A stretch of 59,151 nucleotides of DNA from Firmicutes bacterium UBA1393 (GTDB lineage Bacteria; Bacillota; DTU025): assembly GCA_002305255.1 (NCBI GenBank), contig DBQN01000083.1, forward strand, positions 28,642 through 87,792. The letters run 5' to 3'. The translations under genes were made by a program, and so were the position numbers. Positions 1 through 10,328 of the stretch are shown piece by piece; the stretch's first letter is position 1, and each line of letters opens with the position of its first letter. Below the pieces are notes generated by a model. The model made no database searches. It had not been told where the DNA came from and saw nothing but the letters and a program-made list of their open reading frames with translations.

Positions 1-453
1 GTCGTGGTCATCCTCTGCCACAAGCGACCCGTCAATTCGAGTCGGATCCCACGCGCGCACCTTCTCATACGGCTCCCGGACGTAACCTGGCTCCGCGGCT
101 GCCTCTGACTCACACATGGCCTCTCCGGCGTCGTGGTCGTGAGCCTCGAAGTGATGGTCACCTGCTGGATCAGCCTCGTAATCCCACGCCGGCTCCTCCT
201 CTAGCTGGGCACCCTCTTCCGTCGACGATGCGCCCTCACCGTCGTCGCCTCTGTCGACGATGATCACAGGCCCTAGCTGCCGCCCTCCGCCCGCGGGCCA
301 CTGAGTGGGGAACCCGACCGGGGGAGACCCAACCCGGCGCCCTGCTCGCCTCGCCGCCTCCTGTTCTGCCCTGCGCAGCCCTCGGGATATGCCCCGCACG
401 ATAGAGGACACGAATACGGCCAGCCATATCAGCCCTATCAGGGCTTCTATCAT
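1..453 (-). CDS. hypothetical membrane-anchored acidic protein, truncated by the window edge (occupies the position of B. subtilis yqfB downstream of floA)
   Basis: Absent from the ORF track because it runs off the window. ATG at 453 is followed by 151 sense codons with no stop down to position 1. It begins MIEALIGLIWLAVFVSSIVRGI (one hydrophobic helix) and continues with a D/E-rich tail. The competing 236..487 frame is Arg/Gly/Pro-rich, as expected for GC-rich noise. Confidence 0.4.
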   Translation of the reverse strand, partial: MIEALIGLIWLAVFVSSIVRGISRGLRRAEQEAARRAGRRVGSPPVGFPTQWPAGGGRQLGPVIIVDRGDDGEGASSTEEGAQLEEEPAWDYEADPAGDHHFEAHDHDAGEAMCESEAAAEPGYVREPYEKVRAWDPTRIDGSLVAEDDHD

Positions 454-504
454 GTCCAAAGCTGCCGCCTCCCTTCAGAGCAGCCAACCCTCTGCTCGGC
501 GGTG

Positions 505-1518
505 CTACTTGCCACCCTGATCCATCGGCGCGTCATCAGAACCTCCCGTTTTGCCGGTTGCCCGGGAGATCGAGTCACGCATGCCGGTATCGGCCTTGAG
601 ATTCAGCAAGCTGTAATAGTCCATGACGCCCATGTGTCCACTTCTCAGCGCCTCAGCCAGGGCTCGCGGTACCTCGGCTTCTGCCTCGACCACCCTTGCC
701 CTCATCTCCTGCACCTTCGCCTTGTTCTCCTGCTCCAGCGCCAAGGCCGCGAAACGGCGCTCTGATGCCTTTGCCTGGGCGATGTTCTTGTCAGCCTCCG
801 CCTGGTCCATCTGGAGCCTGGCACCGATGTTCCGCCCGACGTCGACGTCAGCGATGTCGATCGACAGTATCTGGAACGCGGTACCATCGTCCAGCCCCTT
901 AGCGAGCACCGTGCGGGAGATCATGTCGGGATTCTCCAGTACGACTTTGTGACTCTCGGCCGAGCCCACTGTGGTCACGATGCCCTCGCCGACTCTCGCG
1001 ATGACCGTTGCCTCGCCGGCTCCTCCGACAAGTCTATCGATGTTGGCGCGCACCGTGACTCTTGCCTTCGCCCTGAGCTCGATGCCGTCCTTCGCCACGG
1101 CTGCCACCACCGGCGTTTCGATAACCTTCGGGTTGACGCTCATCTGCACGGCCTCGAGCACGTTCCGACCGGCGAGGTCAATGGCTGCGGCTCGTTCGAA
1201 CGACAGACTGATATCGGCTCGCTGCGCCGCGATCAGGGCGTCCACTACCCTGTCTACATTGCCTCCGGCCAGGTGATGCGCCTCAAGCTTGTCGACGGTC
1301 ATGTCGATGCCTGCCTTTACGGCCTTGACCATGGGCATGATGATGCGGGAAGGCACCACTCGGCGGAGCCTCATGCCTACCAGGGTGAGCAGGCCCACTC
1401 TGACTCCTGCGGCCAGAGCCGAGATCCACAGGCCGACCGGGATGAAGTTGAGAAGGATAATCAGCAGAACGATGACGAACAGCGGAAGGAACCACACCAA
1501 CGGCGCTAATAGATACAC
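505..1518 (-). CDS. floA: flotillin-like protein FloA (UPF0365/YqfA family)
   Basis: 337 aa with an N-terminal TM helix and an SPFH-like body followed by an Ala/Glu-rich coiled segment. It lies directly downstream of nfeD, as in B. subtilis yqeZ-yqfA. Confidence 0.9.
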   Translation of the reverse strand: MYLLAPLVWFLPLFVIVLLIILLNFIPVGLWISALAAGVRVGLLTLVGMRLRRVVPSRIIMPMVKAVKAGIDMTVDKLEAHHLAGGNVDRVVDALIAAQRADISLSFERAAAIDLAGRNVLEAVQMSVNPKVIETPVVAAVAKDGIELRAKARVTVRANIDRLVGGAGEATVIARVGEGIVTTVGSAESHKVVLENPDMISRTVLAKGLDDGTAFQILSIDIADVDVGRNIGARLQMDQAEADKNIAQAKASERRFAALALEQENKAKVQEMRARVVEAEAEVPRALAEALRSGHMGVMDYYSLLNLKADTGMRDSISRATGKTGGSDDAPMDQGGK

Positions 1519-1535
1519 TTCAAGCCCTCCACAAA

Positions 1536-2858
1536 TCAGAGTTCGGTCACTCTCACGAATACGTTGCTTCCCTCGACCCTGACTACACGTACTCTGGTGC
1601 CTGCAAGGATGAACCCACCCTCACTGATGGCCTGGATGTGTCGGCCATCGAGATCAACGGTGCCGACGGGCTTGAGAGCCGTGACCGCAACTCCCTCGGC
1701 GCCGTCGACGCCGGCCAGTCTCTCCACTGCAAGGTAACCCTTGTCAACCCTCTCCTCGTGACGGAGCACGATCCGCCCCGGACGACCCCGGAGCCTGCCT
1801 CCCCTCGTCAGCAGCCCCACGGTGAGGGCCGACAGGGCGGCGCCGCCAACCAGCGCCACAGCCAGGGCGCTCATGGCCTGGGCCGGCGTGGGATAGCTCA
1901 ACACCAGGCTCGCGAACACGCCGACGATTCCAAGGATGCCAGTGACTCCGAAACCGGGTATCAAGAACAGCTCAATCAGGAGCAACGCAAACCCAACGAG
2001 GAACACGGCCACAGCCTCCCAGCCGGCGAGCCCGCCCAGAAGCCTTCCGCCGAAGAACAAGCCCATGGATGTGAGACCGATGGCTCCGGGCACTCCGAAC
2101 CCGGGAGTGAGCGCCTCCACGGCCAGGCCCACCAGGCCTATCGTCAGCAGAACCTGCGAGACCGCGTCATTGGTCAGCCACCGAGCCACGCGCTCCGCTG
2201 TGGAGGACTGGACATCGACGATCTCTGCCTCGGCCAGGCCCAGCTTCTCCGCAAGCTCCTCAATGCCGGTGGCCACCTCATCGGCGAAACCTAGCTCAGT
2301 GGCCTTTGTAGCTGTAAGGGTCAGAATCTTGCCTCTGCTAACCAGGCCGGGTATCTCGATATCGGCATCCACCATCGCCCCTGCCAGTTGTGGATCGCGC
2401 CCGCGCAAACCGGCAGTGGCTTCGAACTCGGCACGCACTGCCGAGATGTACTTCTCCTCGTTCGGGCGAGTCTCAGCAGCTCCCATAGACCCGCCGGGGT
2501 TCATGACGAGCGTTTCGCACGCGATCGCGAGCAGCGCCCCTGCCGACCATGCCCTCGGGTTCACATACGCAATAGTGCGAACCTTAGAGGCGACGATGGC
2601 GTCACGCGCTCTCAGGGCCGCATTCACCAGGCCTCCGGGGGTGTCGATCGAGAGCACGACGGCGGATGCACCGGCCTCCTCGGCGCCACGGATCGCCCTG
2701 GCCACGAATGCTGCCAGTCCATAGTCGATGGTTCCGGTTACCGGTATCACGTGCAACTCAGCCGCAGCGGCACGGGGCGCAACAAACAGCGCCACAAGCA
2801 TCACTGCGGCCAGCATGCCCACCCGGGCTCCGGCATTCATCTTCGCACGAGCGTTCAC
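1536..2858 (-). CDS. NfeD-family membrane-bound ClpP-class serine protease (YqeZ-like)
   Basis: 440 aa with a signal/TM segment and a ClpP-like domain (VLSIDTPGG). The middle is multi-TM and the C-terminus looks like an NfeD OB-fold. The stop is 17 nt upstream of floA. Confidence 0.85.
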   Translation of the reverse strand: MNARAKMNAGARVGMLAAVMLVALFVAPRAAAAELHVIPVTGTIDYGLAAFVARAIRGAEEAGASAVVLSIDTPGGLVNAALRARDAIVASKVRTIAYVNPRAWSAGALLAIACETLVMNPGGSMGAAETRPNEEKYISAVRAEFEATAGLRGRDPQLAGAMVDADIEIPGLVSRGKILTLTATKATELGFADEVATGIEELAEKLGLAEAEIVDVQSSTAERVARWLTNDAVSQVLLTIGLVGLAVEALTPGFGVPGAIGLTSMGLFFGGRLLGGLAGWEAVAVFLVGFALLLIELFLIPGFGVTGILGIVGVFASLVLSYPTPAQAMSALAVALVGGAALSALTVGLLTRGGRLRGRPGRIVLRHEERVDKGYLAVERLAGVDGAEGVAVTALKPVGTVDLDGRHIQAISEGGFILAGTRVRVVRVEGSNVFVRVTEL

Positions 2859-2926
2859 CAGGCTATCACACCCCTTGTGGCTATGATCCTTACTGCATCT
2901 ACATTATACCATTCGTGTTTCCGCCA

Positions 2927-4201
2927 TCATATGGCCTTATCCTCCGACAACGATCGGAGAATCTGCCCACGCCTGCGCCCAGCTACATTTACTATGACCT
3001 TGATGTTCAGTGACTGGAACAGGGTGTCCCACTCACCGCTGATCTTCTTCCAGTTCGAATGTGCCATACGCTGCCGAAACACCTCGCCTATGCCTATGAC
3101 GTCGGATCCGAGCTCAGTCTGGATTACCCTCAGCATGTCATCGGTATCCCGTTTCAGCCTAACCGATATGCTCTTGTTAAGCGCCACAACACCCTCTTCA
3201 GTCATGAACTGATCGTCAGATATCAGCTCTCGCATCCCCCACAAGCCATTGACCTTCACCTCTACTGTGCAACCTTCCACCTTCTCTGCATCGGCAAGGC
3301 ATTCGCGCGGTATCGAGACCTCGGCATGGGCACTCATCAGGTTCACACCGATGCTCTCGTCTCCGTCGGCTGATAGTTTGTGGATGAACTCATATCCCTG
3401 TATGCGGGAGTTGATGATGACCGCCGCAGCCGACTGCCGCGCATCCAGCCAACCTACCATTTTGTCGCCTTTGAACACAGCAGCACCGTTGAGCACGAAC
3501 ATATCCGACAGGTTCATGCTCGTACCGGATCCATCACCGCCGGAAGCGGAGCCCTGTGCTGCCCCGCCTTCGGCGCCGCCGCCACCACCGCCCGCAGACT
3601 CGGACTCCCTGGCCAGTCCAACCCTGGCGATCAGGGGCTGGACTCCCCTCTCCTCGATATGCGTCACCAGGTCGACAATGCGCGAGCTGGGCGCTCCGGC
3701 TCTCTGAGCCTCGCGCTGCATCAGGCTGCCTATGAACATGCCAGCCGGTTGGCCCGCTATGGATAGGCTTAGCACTTCCTCGACAGGATCCGGCGTCACC
3801 AACACCCATGCCTTGAGCCTCAGCGTGGCGTCGCGCATCAACGCATCGACAGCCTGCCTGAGGCCGGCTCGTGCCAGTCTCTCCCCAATCACGATTGTCC
3901 TCACATGCCCCAGGGTCAGGTTCCGAGAAGACCTGGTCTCGAGCTTGATGAATGCGTCATACAGCGTGTCGCCCTCAGTCGAAGCGAGTAACGTCTCTTG
4001 CTTCGCAAGGCTCTCCACCCCCATTCCGGGCTCGGCCACCTCCAGCCACAGTCTGACCTTCCCATCATCCTCACTGTCGACTCCGAGCGCCACAACGAAA
4101 CCCACGTCTTCCATGTCCACCGCGGTGCCACAACCTGACACCACAAGGCCAAGGCACACGAGAACGAGGCCCAGGCACGAGAGACTCAGCCATCGTGTCA
4201 T
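2927..4201 (-). CDS. spore germination receptor subunit C lipoprotein (Ger(x)C family)
   Basis: 424 aa with a lipobox LVVSGC after a signal peptide. It is the last gene of a three-gene gerA-type operon and overlaps the upstream permease gene by 4 nt. Confidence 0.85.
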   Translation of the reverse strand: MTRWLSLSCLGLVLVCLGLVVSGCGTAVDMEDVGFVVALGVDSEDDGKVRLWLEVAEPGMGVESLAKQETLLASTEGDTLYDAFIKLETRSSRNLTLGHVRTIVIGERLARAGLRQAVDALMRDATLRLKAWVLVTPDPVEEVLSLSIAGQPAGMFIGSLMQREAQRAGAPSSRIVDLVTHIEERGVQPLIARVGLARESESAGGGGGGAEGGAAQGSASGGDGSGTSMNLSDMFVLNGAAVFKGDKMVGWLDARQSAAAVIINSRIQGYEFIHKLSADGDESIGVNLMSAHAEVSIPRECLADAEKVEGCTVEVKVNGLWGMRELISDDQFMTEEGVVALNKSISVRLKRDTDDMLRVIQTELGSDVIGIGEVFRQRMAHSNWKKISGEWDTLFQSLNIKVIVNVAGRRRGQILRSLSEDKAI

Positions 4202-5310
4202 TCACGCCGTCTCCCTTCAGCAGGAACCGGCCTGAGGGCCGATGCAGTCAGCAGCAGCGCCGGAAGGGCCAGTGCGTACCAGGGCGTGTAGCGCTGGAAG
4301 AGCTTTAGGGAGTGCAGCACCGAGACGACCGTCGTGGGATACAGGCTCAGAATCACGCTCGCCACGATCAGAGGGATAAACACAGGAGTGCGCGTCCTGA
4401 GGCCGAGGGCATCCGCTATGGAAACGGTTGTTGCGTGAAACACCGCAGCCTGCTTAAGAAGGCCAACGCTGAACCATATCGCCAGCAGCAGCACTTCTGA
4501 CCTCTCCAGGAACTCGCCCGGCCCCACCAGCCGGGCGGCCTCAACTGCCGGGAACATCACGCGGGCCACACCCTGGGAGCCCAGGAGCATAGTGGCCACA
4601 GCCAATACCGCACTCATCAACGTCATTCCCACGAGCACTCCCCACGACATCGACCGGCCCGCCCGTGACGGTTCATTCAGATGTGAGACGAAGGCAAGTC
4701 CGACGATACACTCTGTGCCGTAAGCCGAAGTGATCAGTGCTGTCAGACCCAACTCCGGAAGACCGGCGCCGATGATCGGCAACAACCTGGCGGGATGAGC
4801 CACGGGAACTGACAGCCCGGCCAGCACGACGATCGATAGGAGCGCGATTGGAAAGAACACCATAGACGCCCGAGCAATGGCCTCGATACCCAGCGAAGCA
4901 CCGTACGCTATGATAGCCGATGCCACCAGCGCCAGCGTGAGAGGGGATGTAGACTCGAGAAATGGAATCCAGATCGCAATGATGAACTGGCGCGAACCTA
5001 TACCCAGGAGCCATGTGCAATACGCCGCGAAGCTAAGTGATGCCAGCTTCGACAGGGCCTTTGGCAGCACCGTGTCGGCGATGGCAGGCAGATTCATGCC
5101 AGGATACAGTCTCACCAATGTCCCACACAGCCAGGCAACGATCAGCCCGCCCGCTGCTCCCAGCAATGTGCCCAACCATGCCGCCGACTCCGAGATCGTG
5201 GCGATGACGCTGCCGACCGCCATAAACCCTGTAGAGAACACGATCTCTGCGACAAGTACTGCAAACTGCCCGGTCCTGATATGGTCATTCTCTGACCCGG
5301 TTCTCGCCAT
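4198..5310 (-). CDS. spore germination receptor subunit B (GerAB/spore permease family)
   Basis: 370 aa polytopic membrane protein (about 10 hydrophobic helices) lying between the GerA-type A and C subunits. Confidence 0.85.
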   Translation of the reverse strand: MARTGSENDHIRTGQFAVLVAEIVFSTGFMAVGSVIATISESAAWLGTLLGAAGGLIVAWLCGTLVRLYPGMNLPAIADTVLPKALSKLASLSFAAYCTWLLGIGSRQFIIAIWIPFLESTSPLTLALVASAIIAYGASLGIEAIARASMVFFPIALLSIVVLAGLSVPVAHPARLLPIIGAGLPELGLTALITSAYGTECIVGLAFVSHLNEPSRAGRSMSWGVLVGMTLMSAVLAVATMLLGSQGVARVMFPAVEAARLVGPGEFLERSEVLLLAIWFSVGLLKQAAVFHATTVSIADALGLRTRTPVFIPLIVASVILSLYPTTVVSVLHSLKLFQRYTPWYALALPALLLTASALRPVPAEGRRRE

Positions 5311-6949
5311 CGGCTCCCTCCTCCTTATCCTGGTCGTCGCGGGCCCACTGCCGATTGGATGAACCCTGCCTCACCCTGTCCTGAGGGCGTGGGAAGCCCG
5401 GTCGGAGACGGTGCTTGAACACAGGCGCTCGCCACAACACATCTTTGAACAGGTCGCCGGTGTGCAGTAGCGGTTGCAGGTAGGGCACGCCCAGGCTCGT
5501 CAGGCCGCTCAGGTGAAGCACGATGGCGACCAGTCCTGCCGTCAGCCCAAAGAGTCCGGTCCAGGAAGCCAATAGTAGAAGCGGAAACCTCAGCAGTCTC
5601 ACTGCCAGGCTCACCGAGTAGTGCGGAATGCTGAAGGACGCGAGACCGGTCACCGCAACTACGATGACCATTATCGGGCTCACCAGTCCGGCCGACACGG
5701 CTGCGTCTCCCAGAAGCAGTGCGCCGACGAAACCCATGGTTTGGCCCACCGGATCAGGCATTCGCACTGCCGATTCGCGTATTAGTTCGAGGGCCAGCTC
5801 CATCAGGAGGGCCTCGACGATCGTTGGAAAGGGCACCGACAGGTGCGAACCGGCGATGGCCAGGGCAAGCGACGTGGGCAGCATCTCCTGGTGGTGCGTG
5901 GCGATGGCGACGTAGAACGCGGGAAAGGTCAGAGCAAGCAGGCCTGCGACATACCTCAGTGAGCGCAGAGTGCCGGCAAAGGGGAAGCGGTCGTAGAAGT
6001 CCTCGGCCGACTGAAAGAACGTGGGAAGGTTCGCCGGCGCCATCAGCGCGAAGGGCGATGTGTCGACGATGATGCCTACCAGCCCCTCAGAGATCCCGGC
6101 ACAAAAGCGGTCGGGGCGCTCTGTGTACTGCATCTGCGGGAAGGGCGAAGCAGGTGAATCCTCAATGAACTCCTCAATGATCCCGGAGTCACCGGCGATA
6201 TCGGTGTCAATGGAGGCGATCCTCATCTTGACCTCTTCGACCAACTGCGGATCGGTGATGCCCTCGATGTAGACCACCACCACGTCGGTCTTGGACCTGA
6301 CGCCGACGCGAGTGCCGTCAAAGCGAAGATCAGGAGTCTTCAGGCGCCGCCTCACCAACGCCGTGTTTGTCCTCAGCACCTCGGTGAAGCTCTCCCGCGG
6401 ACCCCTCAGTGTCTTCTCTGTGCTTGGCTCACCGACAGTTCGATGTTCCCAGCCCTTGGCTTCAAACAGAATGGCCTGCCGCGTATCCTGGATGAAAAGG
6501 GCCGCCTCACCGGTGAGCACCTTCTCCACTACCTTGTTCAGGTCGTCAACAGCGCTGACCTGACCCGCCGGGAGCAAGTGACTGATGATGAGCTCAACGA
6601 GGAGTTTTGGGTCGCGCGGCAGCGGAGAGGTGACTGGACCGCGCTCACCGTGCATCAATGCTTCAAGGCCGAAGGCATTGATGGTGGCCCTGTCGGTGAG
6701 ACCCTCAATGTAGAACAGAAGCCCGTGAACCTCCGGGCAAGTCCACAGATCGACCCGGCGCATGATCACGTCGGAGTTGCGTTCGCCGAACAGCGACTTT
6801 ATCTCAGCCTCGATACTGTCAATGCGCGCCGGGATCTCGCGTTCACCCAGGCCGGAGCCTCTCGACGTCTCCTCGCTCCTGCGTGACCGCTTCCCGTCGG
6901 CTCCACGTCGCCCCCTCCCGAGCACCATCAGCTTGCGTAGCAGGCTCAA
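5285..6949 (-). CDS. spore germination receptor subunit A (GerAA family)
   Basis: 554 aa with a basic N-terminus, a large soluble domain and a C-terminal cluster of TM helices, typical of the GerA family. It is the first gene of the operon. Confidence 0.9.
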   Translation of the reverse strand: MSLLRKLMVLGRGRRGADGKRSRRSEETSRGSGLGEREIPARIDSIEAEIKSLFGERNSDVIMRRVDLWTCPEVHGLLFYIEGLTDRATINAFGLEALMHGERGPVTSPLPRDPKLLVELIISHLLPAGQVSAVDDLNKVVEKVLTGEAALFIQDTRQAILFEAKGWEHRTVGEPSTEKTLRGPRESFTEVLRTNTALVRRRLKTPDLRFDGTRVGVRSKTDVVVVYIEGITDPQLVEEVKMRIASIDTDIAGDSGIIEEFIEDSPASPFPQMQYTERPDRFCAGISEGLVGIIVDTSPFALMAPANLPTFFQSAEDFYDRFPFAGTLRSLRYVAGLLALTFPAFYVAIATHHQEMLPTSLALAIAGSHLSVPFPTIVEALLMELALELIRESAVRMPDPVGQTMGFVGALLLGDAAVSAGLVSPIMVIVVAVTGLASFSIPHYSVSLAVRLLRFPLLLLASWTGLFGLTAGLVAIVLHLSGLTSLGVPYLQPLLHTGDLFKDVLWRAPVFKHRLRPGFPRPQDRVRQGSSNRQWARDDQDKEEGADGENRVRE

Positions 6950-7076
6950 GCACGCACCTCCCGGGACCGCTGTGCCATTCGTCGCCCTACGGCGCCGTCG
7001 CGTTGTGTCACCATCGCATGATGCGGCACTGTTGTACTGTGCCCGGGTGTGGCTGCCTTATTCGGAAGGAGCACTC

Positions 7077-7111
7077 GGAAAAAGAACGAGGGAGAGGATC
7101 TCTCCTCTCCC
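7077..7111 (-). terminator. rho-independent terminator after rpsU
   Basis: Perfect 9 bp stem GGGAGAGGA/TCCTCTCCC (7090..7111) with a 4 nt loop. On the minus strand it is followed by UCGUUCUUUUUCC. Confidence 0.65.
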
Positions 7112-7156
7112 GCACTTCGCACGCTTATCACCCCGGGGGGCATGGCTGCAGCGGCA

Positions 7157-7333
7157 CTACCTGAACTTGCGCTTGCGAGCTGCCTCGGACTTCTTCTTTT
7201 TGCGCACGCTAGGCTTCTCGTAGTGCTCGCGCTTTCGAATCTCGGCTAACACACCTGACTGCGCGCACTGACGCTTGAAACGGCGAAGCGCGCTGTCAAG
7301 GGATTCATTCTTGCCAACCCTGACCTCTGACAT
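7157..7333 (-). CDS. rpsU: 30S ribosomal protein S21
   Basis: [58 protein letters not shown], 58 aa. The start was moved to the internal ATG at 7333, preceded by the SD GGAGAGGGGGG. Confidence 0.95.
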   Translation of the reverse strand: MSEVRVGKNESLDSALRRFKRQCAQSGVLAEIRKREHYEKPSVRKKKKSEAARKRKFR

Positions 7334-7426
7334 ACGGATACCCCCCTCTCCGTGCGAGAATCGTCGGAAATCGTTGCACGTATGTTCCGTGGATCCGTAT
7401 GGCGTTCCACGAGGTAATCTTGTCAG

Positions 7427-7456
7427 ATTATACTTCACACCCCATGGCTGTGTCAA
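7427..7456 (-). promoter_or_regulatory. sigma-A type promoter for rpsU
   Basis: Minus strand reads TTGACA (7456..7451), an 18 nt spacer, then TATAAT (7432..7427). This leaves a leader of about 90 nt before the rpsU ATG. Confidence 0.55.
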
Positions 7457-7537
7457 TTATCGGCTTGGCCCAGTATCGGACTTGCCCGACGCTGGTTCTG
7501 CCCGAAGTCGGGCCGGCTCCGGCAACCCGCTCCACGC

Positions 7538-7891
7538 TTAGCCCGCGGGCCACTCGAAGGCTCTACCTGCCATGACGTGCACATGCAGATGCTGCACCGA
7601 CTGCCCGGCATCGGGCCCGGAGTTGATGACGATCCTGTAGCCCGACTCACCGAACCCTCTCTCGGCGGCCAGCCTCGCGGCAAGGCGCATTGCCCTCCCC
7701 ACCAGGGCGTCATGTGCACTACTAAGGCTACCCACTCCTGACACGTGTTCGACAGGTATGATGAGCACGTGCATGGGTGCCTGGGGAGAGATGTCGTCAA
7801 ACGCCACAAGCTCCTCGTCGCTGTAGACCACCTTCGCCGGTATCTGTGATGCCGCTATCTTGCAGAACAGGCAGTCTCCCACTGCTCTCAC
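7538..7891 (-). CDS. HIT-family (Hint-like) nucleotide hydrolase
   Basis: 117 aa with the histidine triad HLHVHVMAG near the C-terminus. The start has an ATGA overlap with the mtaB stop. Confidence 0.9.
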   Translation of the reverse strand: MRAVGDCLFCKIAASQIPAKVVYSDEELVAFDDISPQAPMHVLIIPVEHVSGVGSLSSAHDALVGRAMRLAARLAAERGFGESGYRIVINSGPDAGQSVQHLHVHVMAGRAFEWPAG

Positions 7892-9228
7892 CTCGCCTTC
7901 ATCTTCGTTGTTTCCATGACGCCCGAGACGAATCCTGCCATCGCCCGGGTGATCTTTATGTCGACCAACTCGCCCGGCGCCATGTAGCCGGGTGCGGTCA
8001 CCCTAACGTAATCATCGGTGAGTCCGTTGATCTGCCCTGCCTGTGCCTGCTCGACCAGGACTGATACAGTCGAGCCCACCATGGCCCCATGGTAGCTCAG
8101 TGAGAGCTCCTCTCCCACCCTGATCAGCGCAGCGCTGCGTTCCTGCTTCACATTCTCAGGCACTTGATCGGGCATCGAAGCCGCCGGAGTGCCTGTGCGA
8201 CGCGAGTACGCAAAAACATGCATTCGGGCGAACCCGACTGCGCGGGCTAACTCAACGGTGTACTCGAAGTCCTCGTCTGTCTCCCCGGGAAAGCCCACAA
8301 TCACATCTGTGGTGATGGCGACGCGTCCGATCCGCCGCCGCGCCGACTCGACTACATCAAGATAGTCTGAGCGGGTGTAGTTGCGGTTCATCCGGCGAAG
8401 CACCTCATCTGAGCCTGATTGCAGGGGTATGTGCAGATGAGGGCAGACCTCCGCCGTCGTAGCCATGACCTCAATCAGCGAAGGCTTCACATCGCGGGGA
8501 TCCACGGAGCTCAACCGCACGCGCGCGACGCCGTCAACAGAAGCGCACGCGGCAAGCACATCCGCAAGATCCGGCGATCCGCCGAAATCGCGACCGTAGG
8601 CCCCAAGGTCGATGCCCGTAAGCACCAGCTCACGATAGCCCCTTGCTGCCAGAGCCTTCGCTTCGGCAACCACGTTGTCGATGCGGCGGCTGCGCACAGG
8701 GCCGCGCACGTACGGCACCTTGCAGTAGGCGCAGAAGTTCTCGCAGCCGTCTTCGATCTTGAGGAAGGCGCGAGTTCTCTCAGACCAACCCGAGGCAGGC
8801 AGTTCCTGATACTCGCGACAGGCCGCCACATCGGTCACTATGTTCATTGCGGGAGACTGCCTGCCCTCGTCGCGGGCGGCCAGGAGTCGGCACACGGCAT
8901 CAACCAGCTTGGAACGATCGGCAGAACCTGAGACCAGGGCCACGCCTTCTATCGCCGCGAGCTTGTCGGGGCTGGCCTGGGCATAGCATCCGGTGGCAAC
9001 CACCACGGCATCGGGGTGGGCCCCCACGGCCCTGCGCAACAGCTGGCGGCTCTTCTTGTCGCCGGTGGCCGTCACCGTGCACGTGTTGACGACATACACG
9101 TCGGCCTCGTCGCCAAAGCCCACGACGTCGAATCCCGACTCCCTGAACTTCTCTGCAAGGCCCTCAGAATCGCACTGGTTGACCTTGCACCCCAGTGTCG
9201 CAATGGCTACCCTCGGCACATGGTGCAC
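7888..9228 (-). CDS. mtaB: tRNA threonylcarbamoyladenosine methylthiotransferase MtaB (YqeV-like radical SAM MTTase)
   Basis: 446 aa with an N-terminal MTTase domain (ATLGCKVNQCDSE), a radical SAM motif CENFCAYC and a C-terminal TRAM-like region. It sits in the yqeV-equivalent position. Confidence 0.85.
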   Translation of the reverse strand: MHHVPRVAIATLGCKVNQCDSEGLAEKFRESGFDVVGFGDEADVYVVNTCTVTATGDKKSRQLLRRAVGAHPDAVVVATGCYAQASPDKLAAIEGVALVSGSADRSKLVDAVCRLLAARDEGRQSPAMNIVTDVAACREYQELPASGWSERTRAFLKIEDGCENFCAYCKVPYVRGPVRSRRIDNVVAEAKALAARGYRELVLTGIDLGAYGRDFGGSPDLADVLAACASVDGVARVRLSSVDPRDVKPSLIEVMATTAEVCPHLHIPLQSGSDEVLRRMNRNYTRSDYLDVVESARRRIGRVAITTDVIVGFPGETDEDFEYTVELARAVGFARMHVFAYSRRTGTPAASMPDQVPENVKQERSAALIRVGEELSLSYHGAMVGSTVSVLVEQAQAGQINGLTDDYVRVTAPGYMAPGELVDIKITRAMAGFVSGVMETTKMKAR

Positions 9229-9247
9229 TCCTTTTCCCTACGCAAGC

Positions 9248-9724
9248 TCATTGTATGAGACCCAGCCTCTCCATGGCGCGAATCAGCGGAAACCCCACGG
9301 CGAACACGGCGATGGCTTCGCCCAGGGCAACAGATACCATTGACACAGGCACAGTCCATGCATGGATCTCAAGACCGGCCACGAACGGCACATATGCACC
9401 TACCACAAGCCCGTTGACGATCACGGGCCACAGCGGCGCGATGCGTCGTCGCCGAGTGCGCCACGTGAGCCACGCCGCTAGCGCTGTGGCGGCCGACCCG
9501 AGTATAATGTCGACGATTCCGTACGGCCCGATAGCGTTGGCGATGAGCGCGCCCACCGCCAACCCCGGCACAGCCTCAGGCCACACCAGTGGAAGCAGCG
9601 TCAGGCCCTCTGCCACCCGCACCTGGACAACCCCGTATGATAGAGGCGCGAGCGCCAGACACAGCACGACATAGAGCCCGGCTGTGGCTGATGCCCGCGC
9701 GGCATACCTCACCTGAGGGTTCAT
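9248..9724 (-). CDS. queT: QueT-family queuosine-precursor transporter (ECF S-component like)
   Basis: 158 aa small protein of about 5 TM helices, recognised by its overall sequence pattern. No homology search was run. Confidence 0.6.
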   Translation of the reverse strand: MNPQVRYAARASATAGLYVVLCLALAPLSYGVVQVRVAEGLTLLPLVWPEAVPGLAVGALIANAIGPYGIVDIILGSAATALAAWLTWRTRRRRIAPLWPVIVNGLVVGAYVPFVAGLEIHAWTVPVSMVSVALGEAIAVFAVGFPLIRAMERLGLIQ

Positions 9725-9773
9725 ATGCTATGTGATCCATCCTTCCGTTGAGCCGAGTGACGCACCCCGACGC

Positions 9774-10265
9774 CTAGATAGTGTGCCACGTAAGGTCGAG
9801 AGTGCCGCCGCCTCTCAGGTTGTTCCTTGTGTCGAAGAACTCAATGGTCAGGCTAGACGGCAGAGGCGCAAGCAGCCACGCATCTGGCGGCAGGGTGCGG
9901 GCTTCCTCATCAAGGTGCTCGTGCAGCCACCCCATAGGGACAGGAATACCCGCCATGCCTGGCACGAGGTACGGCTCTTCCATCGGGACTATGTAAGGGT
10001 TCTCGAAGTCCAAACCGACCGGAATCATAATCGGGTCACCCGAGCTGTCCTTCAGTGTAAGCCGGACGCTGCTAAGCCGGAAAACGCCCACACCGTTCAA
10101 GGTCAGGGTGACAAACACGTCGAGCGGTTCATTAGGATAAACGTCAATCGGATTGGGGTCGAACTCCACGACCACGTTCACGGGCGCCATCGAACACCCT
10201 GCCAGCGATACTGTTGCGAGAAGCAGCGCCGCAACAACAAGCATGCGCCACACGTTGTGCTTCAT
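9774..10265 (-). CDS. hypothetical lipoprotein (paralogue of 10329..10790)
   Basis: The start was moved to MKHNVWRML, preceded by the SD GGAAGGA 8 nt upstream. It has a lipobox SLAGC and a beta-rich body. Confidence 0.6.
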   Translation of the reverse strand: MKHNVWRMLVVAALLLATVSLAGCSMAPVNVVVEFDPNPIDVYPNEPLDVFVTLTLNGVGVFRLSSVRLTLKDSSGDPIMIPVGLDFENPYIVPMEEPYLVPGMAGIPVPMGWLHEHLDEEARTLPPDAWLLAPLPSSLTIEFFDTRNNLRGGGTLDLTWHTI

Positions 10266-10328
10266 ATGTATCATCCTTCCCATTCGCTCGCCACATGTGT
10301 CTGGGTCGAACAGGCTCTGGGGTTGCGG

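Noticed and set aside
236-487. 83 aa minus-strand ORF after floA
   Set aside because: Its composition is Arg/Gly/Pro-rich. The alternative frame starting at 453 has a TM helix plus an acidic tail and stays open to the window edge, so it is the more credible gene.
9725-9773. Expected preQ1 riboswitch in front of queT
   Set aside because: The 49 nt spacer (GCGUCGGGGUGCGUCACUCGGCUCAACGGAAGGAUGGAUCACAUAGCAU) shows no P1 stem with an A-rich tail/pseudoknot arrangement. A covariance search would be needed to be certain.
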